From a virus (Duplodnaviria > Heunggongvirae > Uroviricota > Caudoviricetes), in the IMG/VR virus record IMGVR_UViG_3300035502_000924, positions 13,160-77,159 of that record: 64,000 bases of DNA; one strand, given 5' to 3'. Positions within the stretch are counted from its first letter, which is position 1; every line of letters starts with the position of its first letter. This document shows, piece by piece, positions 1-10,400 of this stretch. The translations under genes and the position numbers were made by a program. The notes under the pieces were generated by a model. The model saw only the letters and a list, made by a program, of their open reading frames with translations, was not told the DNA's origin and did no database searches.

Positions 1-1
1 T

Positions 2-244
2 TGGATGACAGTAACAGCTTTTCATAATTACACACAAGAAGAATTTGAAATAAGAGAAAAAGCAAGAGAGCAAATTTTTCTTGAAGAAAATTATAAAATC
101 ATTAGAATTATTTGTAAAAACGATAAACTTCCATCTGATGAAACTATTCTTTCTACTATTGATGATATAAAAAATATTTTTAATAAGGAAAATAAAAGAA
201 TTGCAAGATGGAATACACAGGATAATACAATCATTTATGAGTAA
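2..244 (+). CDS. hypothetical protein, 5'-truncated at window edge
   Basis: The ORF is open to the left edge in frame 2. Translation is K/E-rich and AT-biased like its neighbours. No recognisable motifs. Confidence 0.4.
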   Translation, partial: WMTVTAFHNYTQEEFEIREKAREQIFLEENYKIIRIICKNDKLPSDETILSTIDDIKNIFNKENKRIARWNTQDNTIIYE

Positions 245-255
245 GGTGAATATAA

Positions 256-777
256 GTGTTAAATAAAACTAAATTAGAAGATATTATAAAATTTAATCAA
301 ATATTAAATTCTTACGAATATATAATTCCTAATAATGGCAATTCTATTGTTGAAATTAAAAAAGAAGATTTTTATAATTATTATAAAATGCTCACACCGC
401 AGGAATTTTTTAAATATAAAGGTGGTGTATGTTGGGATTATGTTTGTTATGAATCTTATTATTTTGAAAAGTATTTTTCTGATATAGCTTATAAGGCGTT
501 TTATTGTCTTAGTATTGATGTTGATAAAGATACACCAACGCATACATTTATTATTTTTAAATGTGATAATAAATATTATTGGTTTGAATCTTCTTGGAAA
601 ATAAAAAGAGGTGTGTATGAATTTAAATCAGAAAATGAAGCCTTAAATCATATTATATATAATTTAAATAAATTTGCAGAAAGTAAAATTGAAAAGAATT
701 ATTTATTACAATATAACGCTTTAGATAATAATTTATATGGTATGAATTGCAAAGAATATATGGGATTATATGAATGA
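256..777 (+). CDS. hypothetical protein, possible papain-fold or transglutaminase-like Cys/His protein
   Basis: 173-aa ORF. A GGVCWDYVCY ... THTFIIF arrangement resembles the Cys...His core of transglutaminase-like peptidases. Its stop overlaps the next start (ATGAATGA), suggesting translational coupling. Confidence 0.45.
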   Translation: MLNKTKLEDIIKFNQILNSYEYIIPNNGNSIVEIKKEDFYNYYKMLTPQEFFKYKGGVCWDYVCYESYYFEKYFSDIAYKAFYCLSIDVDKDTPTHTFIIFKCDNKYYWFESSWKIKRGVYEFKSENEALNHIIYNLNKFAESKIEKNYLLQYNALDNNLYGMNCKEYMGLYE

Positions 778-1297
778 AAAAATAAATAATAATAATTTAT
801 TTAATAACCAAAAAAATATAAAGCCTAATAAAGTGTTTGATAATAAATCACCATATGTACCTGTTGATTTAAATAAATATAAAAAACTTATTATTGATGA
901 AAAAGTAATTAGTTTATATAAAAACAAAATTAAACCTTTAAAACATATAAGAGCTAATATAAATACTAAAGGATATTTGTTTTTAAACTCTGAGGATGAA
1001 TTTGTTGGTTTAATTAATATAGAAAAGAAAAATGATGGTATATGGATTCAAGCATTAGAAGCAAATAGTAATATGCAGAATAGCGGTATTGGTACACAAT
1101 TATTAAAAATAGCTACTAATGAATTAAGTACAATAAAATTATCAGTAAGGAAGAATAATATAAAAGCTATAAAATTATATAGAAATAATAATTGGGAAGA
1201 ATACGCTCAAACAGAAAATATGATATTTATGAAATATAATAAATTGTCAAATAATGAATTAAATAGTCTATTAAATAAAGATTTTTGGTCTTTATAA
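770..1297 (+). CDS. GNAT-family N-acetyltransferase
   Basis: The motif-A-like segment QNSGIGTQLLKIA followed by NIKAIKLYRNNNWEE is a typical acetyl-CoA binding block of GNAT proteins. Confidence 0.55.
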   Translation: MNEKINNNNLFNNQKNIKPNKVFDNKSPYVPVDLNKYKKLIIDEKVISLYKNKIKPLKHIRANINTKGYLFLNSEDEFVGLINIEKKNDGIWIQALEANSNMQNSGIGTQLLKIATNELSTIKLSVRKNNIKAIKLYRNNNWEEYAQTENMIFMKYNKLSNNELNSLLNKDFWSL

Positions 1298-1300
1298 TTA

Positions 1301-1328
1301 AAGAGAGGTTTTATACCTCTTTTTTTTA
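1301..1328 (+). terminator. rho-independent terminator
   Basis: Hairpin aagagaggt-ttat-acctctt followed by a T8 run. Confidence 0.7.
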
Positions 1329-1361
1329 TTTTAAAAATTTTAAAAAAATCAAAAAAAGTTC

Positions 1362-1390
1362 TTGACAAAATATAAAAAACGTAGTATAAT
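1362..1390 (+). promoter_or_regulatory. consensus sigma-70/SigA-type promoter (TTGACA-17-TATAAT), cassette copy 1
   Basis: TTGACA at 1362-1367, a 17-nt spacer, and TATAAT at 1385-1390. The sequence ttgacaaaatataaaaaacgtagtataat is nearly identical to the copy at 45288. Confidence 0.7.
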
Positions 1391-1441
1391 ATAACCATAA
1401 GATAACAAAACACATATAGAAAATCTTAGGAGGACACGATT

Positions 1442-2341
1442 ATGAAGAACAAATTTTATGAAACAAGAGAAGACCTTAGAAATATTAAGGACGTAGACAC
1501 ATTACTTAAAAAGACAGGACTTGATTGGGGAGTAGAAACATTTACGCCTACATTTCCAAATGGAGAAGAAATTCCTAATGCACAGTTTATTGTAAAAACT
1601 ATTGATAATGAACCTGTATATACTGATTATCTTGGTTTTGTATCTGATAAATATAAAGTACTTTCTAATAAAGAAGCATTTGAATTTCTTAATAGTCTTA
1701 TCAAAAAGATTACTTTTGAAAATGCTATTGAAATTAATAATGGAAAACAAATATATATATCAACAGATATTGGAGATAGATATGTTGATTGTATTGATGA
1801 AACAGTACATTGTAAAATGTTTTTAATACATTCTTATAATGGAAGTACAGCTTTTACAATAAGCATTGTTCCAATTGTAAATGGTGTTCCACTTAATCTT
1901 CCATTAACTTCTGTTAAAAGAAGTAGGTCGCTTAATCATACAGTAAATATTAGCGAACGAATGATTATTTTAAAAGACACTCTTTCTTTTGCTGATAATT
2001 ATTTTACAGCATTTATAAATGAAAGTAAGAAATTAAAAAAAATAAGTATCAATAGAGAACAAATTGAAAGGTTTGCGGAATTGGCTTATCCAATGCCTGA
2101 TAAAATGAAAGTAACAGAACAAAAAATAAACAATGTAAAAGAAAGAAGAAGTGACCTTTTAAATTGTGTTATTGGCGAAACAGAACCCAAAAATGCAATG
2201 GATTTTATATTAGGAGTTTCAGAATATATAGCAACTCTTAATCCAAAGAGAAAAACAAAAACATTTGAACAAAATAAATTTGCACAAATTGTTGCAGGTC
2301 ACAAAATATTAGATATGGCATATAAATATGTAATGGGTTAA
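1442..2341 (+). CDS. DUF932-like (phage/plasmid-related) protein
   Basis: HSYNGSTAFTISIVPIVNGV resembles the NSHDGSSA...VCsNG signature of DUF932/TIGR03299. RBS aggagga lies 7 nt upstream. The gene is bracketed by a terminator and promoter upstream and a terminator downstream. Confidence 0.5.
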   Translation: MKNKFYETREDLRNIKDVDTLLKKTGLDWGVETFTPTFPNGEEIPNAQFIVKTIDNEPVYTDYLGFVSDKYKVLSNKEAFEFLNSLIKKITFENAIEINNGKQIYISTDIGDRYVDCIDETVHCKMFLIHSYNGSTAFTISIVPIVNGVPLNLPLTSVKRSRSLNHTVNISERMIILKDTLSFADNYFTAFINESKKLKKISINREQIERFAELAYPMPDKMKVTEQKINNVKERRSDLLNCVIGETEPKNAMDFILGVSEYIATLNPKRKTKTFEQNKFAQIVAGHKILDMAYKYVMG

Positions 2342-2347
2342 TAATAC

Positions 2348-2376
2348 AGGGAGATGTTTAATATCTCCCTTTTTTC
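2348..2376 (+). terminator. rho-independent terminator
   Basis: agggagat-gtttaat-atctccct followed by a T-run. Confidence 0.75.
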
Positions 2377-2441
2377 TTTAAAAATATAATTGAGTAGAAT
2401 GTTTATATACTATATGAATTTGATAAAAGGTGGTATAAAAA

Positions 2442-2945
2442 ATGAGAAAGATTTCAAGGTTAGTTAAATCAGAAGATATAGAACAAAAGCGTTATGAAGT
2501 AATTGAAAAATTTAATAATTATATAGATAATTTAGGTGAAAAATTATTAGGAAAATATTTTGAAAACTGTTGTTCCTCAGAAATGATTCATTTTAATGAT
2601 GAAAAAGACTTTCCATATGATTATAAATATATGTTTTTTGATGGATATATAAGTATATTAGAAGCTTCAAGAATTTTAGGCATATCTTTAACAGAGGATG
2701 AAATAGATTTGCTTGAAAATAAATTAGGAAAATATTCTATTGACGATGGTGCAATATATTTAGATTGTACAAAAAATAATGTAAGTGCTGAAATCGATGA
2801 TTGGGCAGAAGATATAACTCAAACAAATAATAACAATTTTAGTAAAAAGATTAATAATATTTTAAATGGTATGGAAAAGAATTTAAAAATATTTGTTGAT
2901 GAAGTAGATAAAAAAGTACTTGAATTACAAAAAGATATTTTATAA
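2442..2945 (+). CDS. hypothetical protein
   Basis: 167-aa ORF with RBS aaaggtgg. No recognisable domain. It is flanked by terminators on both sides, which is moron-like. Confidence 0.5.
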   Translation: MRKISRLVKSEDIEQKRYEVIEKFNNYIDNLGEKLLGKYFENCCSSEMIHFNDEKDFPYDYKYMFFDGYISILEASRILGISLTEDEIDLLENKLGKYSIDDGAIYLDCTKNNVSAEIDDWAEDITQTNNNNFSKKINNILNGMEKNLKIFVDEVDKKVLELQKDIL

Positions 2946-2946
2946 T

Positions 2947-2972
2947 GAGGAGATTTAATATCTCCTTTTTTA
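2947..2972 (+). terminator. rho-independent terminator
   Basis: aggagat-ttaat-atctcct followed by T6. The hairpin core is nearly the same as the terminator at 2348. Confidence 0.7.
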
Positions 2973-3121
2973 TTGTAAAAATTTATCAACTACTATATGA
3001 TGTTTTCACTAATTAAAGATGTAATGGCTTCTTACTAAAAAATATTAAAATATAGTATATTTTTATTTACTCAATATATTTTACAAATAAAAGATTTTCA
3101 TAGTAAAGGAGACATATATAT

Positions 3122-3478
3122 ATGAGAAAAGAACTTGAACAATTAATATTTAGTGGTATATTAACTGATACAGTAGAAATTGCAGGCAAGCTGTGGACTA
3201 TACAAACAATTTCTATTACAGAACATACAGATGTTGTAGCAAAGTTGAAAGGTGATAATAATACACTTAATTTGCTTGCTCTTAAGACAAATTTAGTTAT
3301 TAAGAGTTTAAAGAGTATTGATGATATAGTATTAGATGATGAAAAAGAAAAGACCGAGTTTGTTAAGAAGTTACCACTTCCAATCATTGATAAGTTGTTT
3401 ACAACTTATGATGCTTTAGTGGATAAGTTAAACAAAGAATTAACAAACGAGGATTTAGAAGAAATAAAAAACTCCTAA
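3122..3478 (+). CDS. tail assembly chaperone (gpG-like), upstream partner of a frameshifted pair
   Basis: 118-aa acidic protein immediately upstream of the tape measure gene. It ends just after an A_AAA_AAC slippery heptamer. Strong RBS aaaggagac. Confidence 0.6.
   Translation: MRKELEQLIFSGILTDTVEIAGKLWTIQTISITEHTDVVAKLKGDNNTLNLLALKTNLVIKSLKSIDDIVLDDEKEKTEFVKKLPLPIIDKLFTTYDALVDKLNKELTNEDLEEIKNS
3466..3472 (+). other. -1 programmed ribosomal frameshift slippery site A_AAA_AAC
   Basis: The zero-frame codons are ata-aaa-aac, 4 nt before the stop at 3476. The -1 frame starting at 3472 stays open (ctc cta aac gac agt ...) into the 3511 ORF with no intervening stop. Confidence 0.6.
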
Positions 3479-4377
3479 ACGACAGTTTTAGCAATATAAA
3501 GTTTACCGTCATGGAAGCCACTGGTGCATTACCCACTGAGAAAAGAGTTAGGGAAATGAATAACTACCAGTGGCTTTGGTATTATATGAATATTATTGAA
3601 TCTAAAAAGAGAAGAAATGAAGAAAGAGATAATATCATTCAATATATGTCATATTTCTGGAATTATGACATGGCTAAATCTGTCGCAGAGCAAAAGGAAG
3701 CAGAAAAACGTAAAAAAGAAAGAGAAGAAGCAAAGAAGAATAACACAGAAGTTCAATATAATCCGTATGAAGAAAGGAATGTATTAGCAGAGGGTGAAGT
3801 ATATAATGATACATTTGATGATGAAATTGAATCAATATTAGCAAATGAAAGACAAATAGAGTTACCTGGTAGTGGTAATAAAGTTTCTTCTGAATCAAAA
3901 GAAGAATTTATGGAAAGAGCATTTAACATTGAAAAATTATTACAAGAAAGTCCTAATATAAAAGAACTTCAATACATAGAACCAGAAGTAAAGAAAATAA
4001 AAAGGCAACAAAGAGAAGAAATGATGAGAACGGAAAATACAGTAGTAAGGAATAGAGGAGAAAGACCATTATTAGTAAATCCTAAAAAGGCAAAAAAGCC
4101 ATCTACGCACCCAACTACACTTGATAGTGGAAATAGAAAAAATACTTCAAACGAACATACTATTGAGAATGAAAGAACTAATATTGTAAGAAATAATGTT
4201 GTAAGAAATAACAAAAATCATAAAAGTTCTAAAAAACCTGTATTAAAAAATAATAATGAAATAGTTGGATTTAAAAAGAGTAATGAAGTGGAAGATTTAT
4301 TAAGTTTTGATAAATTTAAGAGTAGTGCAAATAATGATGATTTAGATATAATTACAAGTCCTACAAATGAAAAATGA
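3472..4377 (+). CDS. gpT-like extension of the tail assembly chaperone, expressed as a G-T fusion via the -1 frameshift
   Basis: The ORF is open from the slippery site. It is K/E/R-rich, and the frameshift position upstream of the tape measure gene is the conserved one. Confidence 0.5.
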   Translation, partial: LLNDSFSNIKFTVMEATGALPTEKRVREMNNYQWLWYYMNIIESKKRRNEERDNIIQYMSYFWNYDMAKSVAEQKEAEKRKKEREEAKKNNTEVQYNPYEERNVLAEGEVYNDTFDDEIESILANERQIELPGSGNKVSSESKEEFMERAFNIEKLLQESPNIKELQYIEPEVKKIKRQQREEMMRTENTVVRNRGERPLLVNPKKAKKPSTHPTTLDSGNRKNTSNEHTIENERTNIVRNNVVRNNKNHKSSKKPVLKNNNEIVGFKKSNEVEDLLSFDKFKSSANNDDLDIITSPTNEK

Positions 4378-4402
4378 CATATAAAAGAGGTGAAAATAAA
4401 TA

Positions 4403-7400
4403 ATGAATAATAATGTAAATAGCCCATTGACAGATATGCTTAAAAATAGTAGTGAATGGGGAGCGAGTTATCAAAACGCTACTAATGTTAATGAGGAAGA
4501 AAGCAACACAAAAAGAATTATTGATGTTGTTGTTAATGATGAAGATGCTAGAAAACGAATAAAAGAACTTTCTGATGAATATGCAAAATCATTAGAATTA
4601 AAAATAGAAACTAAGTTAGATAAACACGAAGATGTTTTAAAAGAACTCAAAGAAGTAAGAGATTTCATTGAAAGTGCGAACTCAGATTTTAGAATAAATG
4701 TTGAAGTAGATGGTTTATCTGCATTTAATGCAGTAAGTAAAGATTTAGACCAAATGCAATCTAAGATAGCATCTGTACAACAAAATGTACTTAAATTTTC
4801 AGATAGTTTTAATGAGTTGGATGCTTCAAAAATATCAACATATAATTCACAAATAGAATCAGCAATAGGTATTTCAAAGGATGCTAAAAAAGAAGCACAA
4901 GATTTAGTAAATTCTCTTAATGCAGATATTCAAACGAAAAACTTTGCCGATTTAACAGAAAAATTAATAGATTTACAAAGCATTATGGCTACTGCTGGTA
5001 TGGGCGGTAAGGAATTTAATGATATAATTTCAAGTATTGGTGGAGAAAAATTAGCGGCAGAATTTGAAAGCTCTAGTGCTGCATTAAAACAATTAAAAGA
5101 AAATATATCTACTACTGTCACTGAATTTAATAATTTTTCAAAAGTAAAAGAACCTCTTGAAAATATTGTAAGTACATTAAGTAAGCAAGCTGAACAAATG
5201 GATAAAAACCTTGAAAAGGCAAAGGAAATAAATCAAACAAAAATACAATGGAAAATAGATGGAGATGGTAATGCTACAAAATTAGCAAACGCACTTGATT
5301 TATCTTCTGAAATTGAAATGTTTAAAAAACAAAAAAAAGAAATAGAAAAAATACAAGAAGAACTTAATGGTGCTGCAAAAAAAGGCAATTTTATAGAAAC
5401 TGCTCTTGGTGGTAAAGACACAGGAAGTGGTGTAAATAGACAATATTTGGATAGAAATAAACAAATGTCAAAACATATAAACGGTACAGTATTTAATACC
5501 AGTAATTATCTTATTGACACGGAAGATGATTCTACTACAATAACAGATAATCTAAGTAAAATAAGTGAAAAGTATGGTATTTACAACAAAACACTTGCAG
5601 ACAGGCATAAGAGTTTTGTTACAATGCTTAATGAGGAATTAAATGTATTACAACAGAATGAAAATAAAATAAAAGAACAATCAGAAGAAGGTCTTATCTC
5701 TAGTGATGAAGCTGAAAAGGCAATAGAAGAAATTAAAAAGCAAAGAAAAGCATTAAATGAACAGTTAAATGAAAGTCAAAAACAAACAGTTGAGGATATA
5801 AATAAACTTGCAGAAGGAAATGCAAGGCTTATTGCTGCGGCAGGTGAAAATGCTGTCGGAAATTACTCTATGATGAATTATGGAGATACGTTTAAATCAG
5901 ATAATAAGAAAATGCTTGATACAAGTGTTGGTAATATTAAGACATTAAGTAATATTGAGAGAAGAATGGAAGGTCCTAAGTCCTTCAAAGGATTAATGAC
6001 AGGTAAAAATGTTATTAAAAACTTGGGAACGCAATTAGCGTTAGAAACACAAGGTGTAAATGTTTCTGATATTAAAAACATAGCAAGAAGTAACGCAGGT
6101 AAAGCAGACTTTGTAAATAAAAACTTCGACAATATTGCTGGTGGACTTAACACAGCATTAAGTACTAACAATAAAGAAGATATTGATATGTATAAAGGAC
6201 AATTAGGTGGATTGTCAAGTCAATTTGGCGATAAGAAAGATATAAAATCTCTTTCAAAAGCTGCAAAAATGGACACAAAAGGTGATAAAAACTTAGAAGG
6301 TCTTAAAAAAGCAGCACAAGACCAAATAGCAGTAGAAAAGCAATCAATATCTAGTTTGCTTATGCTTTATCAACAATTAGATGAAAACGGACAACTTTCT
6401 GATGACCAACAAGAAGAAATGGAAAGACTTAAAGAAGCTATGAACGACTTAGAGGAAGCAACAGAAGAAAACTCAGATAAACAAGAGAAAAGTTCTAGTA
6501 GCTCAGGAAATTTAGGTTCTACTATTAGTAGTTTTTTACAGGGATTTGAAAAATTATTAAGTAATGCTGGGGCTTTATTATCCACACCTTTAGCTTCCAG
6601 AGCTATGAGTATGTTTGAAGATACTTCTCTTGGTAAGGGCATTAGTAGTTTTATGGAAGATAAACTTGGACTTACTGGCGGTCTTGATAATATTCCAACT
6701 GGTAAAGCATTAGAAATAGCTTTAGACCCATATAAAGCATACAACTACATAGGTTTATCTAATTTTAATGCAGATGGTTATAGAGAAAGGTCAATTGAAT
6801 TAAACAAGCAATTTGAACAGCAACATTTTAATGTTGCACAGACAAATGCTAAATATGGATTATCTGGTAATTATGACTTAGCAGAAGATAAAGCAAAAGA
6901 ACTTTATAGGGCAACTAATGGTGTTGTTGGTTTTGAGGATTTATCTCAAAACTATGATGCTGTTGCAAAAACAGGTATACAAGATAGTAAAACAGCAGGA
7001 CAATGGGCTGAATATGCTACATTAATGGATAAAGTAGGTGCTATGGACTCAAGTGAAGTTATTAGTACTTTAAAGAATCTTTATACCAATATGGATTTGA
7101 CAGCTGAAAAATCAGTTCAAATGGTAAACAGAATCGCTTCTGCTGCTAAAAATTCAAAAGTATCAGTTAGCGATTATGCACAAGCTGTTACAAGTATAGC
7201 AGACGGTTATAGACGAGTTGGTCTTGATGCGGATGATGCTTTAAATGTAATGGGTAACTTAATGGATGCTGGATATTCATTTAAAGATGCTCAGGAAATG
7301 GCTTCAACGTTTGGTAATTCTTTAAGTACATTCAGTAATAACAATTCTGATGTAATTTTGTCAGGTTTGATGAGTGGCGGTACAGACCCTTATAAAATGC

Positions 7401-10400
7401 TTGCTGATGCACAAGATGTAACAGACCCTAATTGGGGCAAGAATATGGCTTCTGGTATGCAAAGCATACTTGATATGAAAGAAAGTATGTTTGGTAAAGG
7501 TTCAAATCTTGCAAAATATGAAGTAATGAAAACAATGCAGACAGACTTTGGTTTTAGCCAAAAACAATCTGCTGAAATGTATCATAAATTGCAAGATGGT
7601 GATATTGGAAGTCTTGAAGATTTACTTGATGAAATTGCAAATGAAGATAGTGGAGAAAGCATTGAAGAAATAAATTCAAAACTTCTTGATGAAACTGTTA
7701 AACTCGGTGGAGAAGTTGGCGGCATACAAGAGATGGTTGCCAAATTCGACTATTCTGCTGCAAAAGATGGTGTAGAAGAAATAAAAAAATTAGAGTCAAC
7801 ATTATCTGGCTTTGTAGACAGTAATATAAACGATATGCAAGAAAAGCTTGAAATTGATTATTCTGAAATGACAGAATATTTGGATAGTAAAGCTGGACAA
7901 TGGACACAAAGTCATGCAGAACTTATGAATGAACTTTCAGGTTCTTTTAAAACAATAATTGGTATACTTTGTGGACTTTTAACTTCATCAATATTTAGTA
8001 ATCTTTTTAGCGGACTTTCTAGTTTATTAAGTGGTGGCAGTTCTCTTCTTGGTTCTGCTGCTGTTGGTTCTGCTGCTACAATTGCTGCTGGTGGTGCAAT
8101 GATTGCAGCAGGTGCTGCTTGGGGTGTACACGATGCTAACAAAGCATTAGAATATGCACAAGAAAATGGTGGAGCAGAAGGAGCAGCTATGAGAGAAGGC
8201 TTTTGGAGTGGTTCTCATAGAAACGAACAAGGTTTGCACGATGGCACGAATATGGCTGCAAACGCAGGAAAATTTGCTCTTATTGGTGCAGGTATTGGTA
8301 CTTTTATTCCTGGTGTAGGTACAGTCGTTGGTGGTGCAATTGGTGCAGGTGTTGGTGCTGTCTTAGGCAGTGAAGTCTACGATACTTATGTAAATGGTAA
8401 TTCACGAGAATATAATAGAATTAGGTCTGGATATAATGAAAACAAAAATGCTTTAACTGAAAAATACATTAGTGCTGGGTACTCAGAAGAAGTTGCCCAA
8501 ACTATGTCAGATGGTTTATATAAGTTTAGTAGTGAATTAAAAGGACAAAATTCTACAACAATGGATGCTTTTGCAAGATATTATGCAGAAGCAATTGCTT
8601 CTGGAAAAACACCAGAACAAGCTATAAGTGATTTCACATCAAATATTGATGACAATGTAGATAAAATTATAACACAAATGAAAGAAGAAGGTGTAGAGGT
8701 AACTGATGAAAACGGTATTGTTACAGAAAATGGTGATACAACACAAAATCTTGTAACTGATATGAGTTCAGAACAAAACGCTCTTTTTGACAAATGGGCT
8801 GGTGCAGCAAACAAAGAAGTAGTAATGAAGGGTGGAGAATCCCTTACTTTAAAAGAAGTTGTAGAAAGTATATCAAAAGACGAATCTACGGCAGAAAAAG
8901 CAGGAACAAATGATGTAAGAAAATGGATTTTAGGAAAAGATAATCAGGCATTAGCCTCACTTAATAAGTATGGTGGAGATTATGATAAAATATTAGAAGC
9001 TGCCACAACTGGCGATAAAGGAGCAGCAAAAGGATTACAACTTGTTCAAGATGCGTTGTTTACAAGTGTAGCATTCCATTCTGCTAGTGCAAAAAAAGAT
9101 GAAAGTGATGCTTATGAGAGTTTAGTAGCTGGTGATAGAACTTTAACTGCTGTAAGAACTGGAGATATTACCAATTATGAAAGACAATATGTGACACAAG
9201 GAGAACAACAAATATCAAAAGATATTCAAGACTTAAAAAATAAAACTGTTGGTAGTACTGATTTTAACAATACTTGGAATAAATATAAGGGTGTTATTGA
9301 ACAAAACCCACTTTATAAACAAGAGTATCAAAATGCCTTAAAGAATGGTTCTACTGCTGAAGAAGCCGCAAAAAAAGCACAAGAAGCAATTCAAGAAGCA
9401 ATAAAAGATAAAGTATCTACTGAAGACCCACAAGCTTTAAGTGATATGATTGGAATTAGTGTTGCAGATGCTATGGCGGCAATAGATGACAATAACAATC
9501 CAACTCCTACAAGCACAGAACAATCTGATATGAATAAAATTTATGACCTTTGGGCAGGAATATATTCTAATGGTGGTAATTTGGAATTCGTATCTGATAA
9601 AGGAGATTATACTGCTAATGCTAATATTAGTGATATTTTTAAGGGGTTTACACAAACTTTTGATGAAAACGACACAACACTTGTAGGTAGTATTGTAAAT
9701 AGAAATAGAGACGATATTGATTATGCTTTAGAAAAAGCAGGTAGTAATACTACTACTTCCGAAGTGTTAAGTAAATATATGAAAGATGGGAATTTTGATA
9801 CAGTTTCTTTTTTAGAAAATGCAAAAAATAATGCTAATAGTGATGAAGGGATAATTTTAAAAACGTTTACAAATAATATGTTGCCAGCAGATACTAACGA
9901 TTTAACTAAGTATCGTGATTTTAAAGGTATGGGAACTGGCGAAAAAGACGGCGTAACTTTTACAGGAACTTCTGAGACTTTATCTTTAAAGCGAACACAA
10001 GACATGACAAATCTTGTAACAAATAAAAACGATAATTACGTAAGTACGGTGGACTTAAGGTCACCATTAAACACAAAAGAAGACGGTAAAAAACTTCTGG
10101 AATTATTAGGTAGTAAGATACAAGATAAAAATGGAAATGGTAATTATGATGAATTGATAGATATTCTTGAGGATGATACTGGTGAGCAATTACAAGAACT
10201 TATTAATGGAAATTTAGATATATTTACCAGTAACGAAGATTTAAAAAAGATATTAGATGACGATGGTACAATTAGCCAAAATAATTCAAAATCTATTTTA
10301 TCTTTTTTAAAAAGTATTATTGATAGTGGTATTAAGATAAAAAATATTACTAACGGGAATAACAACAATGATGGTTCAAGTGATGGTTCGGATGGTGGTA

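Noticed and set aside
3596-4427. Overlapping ORFs 3596-3787 (+), 3674-3898 (-), 3969-4214 (-) and 4218-4427 (-)
   Set aside because: They fall inside or antisense to the gpT-like frame reached by the frameshift. Basic, low-complexity translations are typical of out-of-frame reads of a K/E-rich gene.
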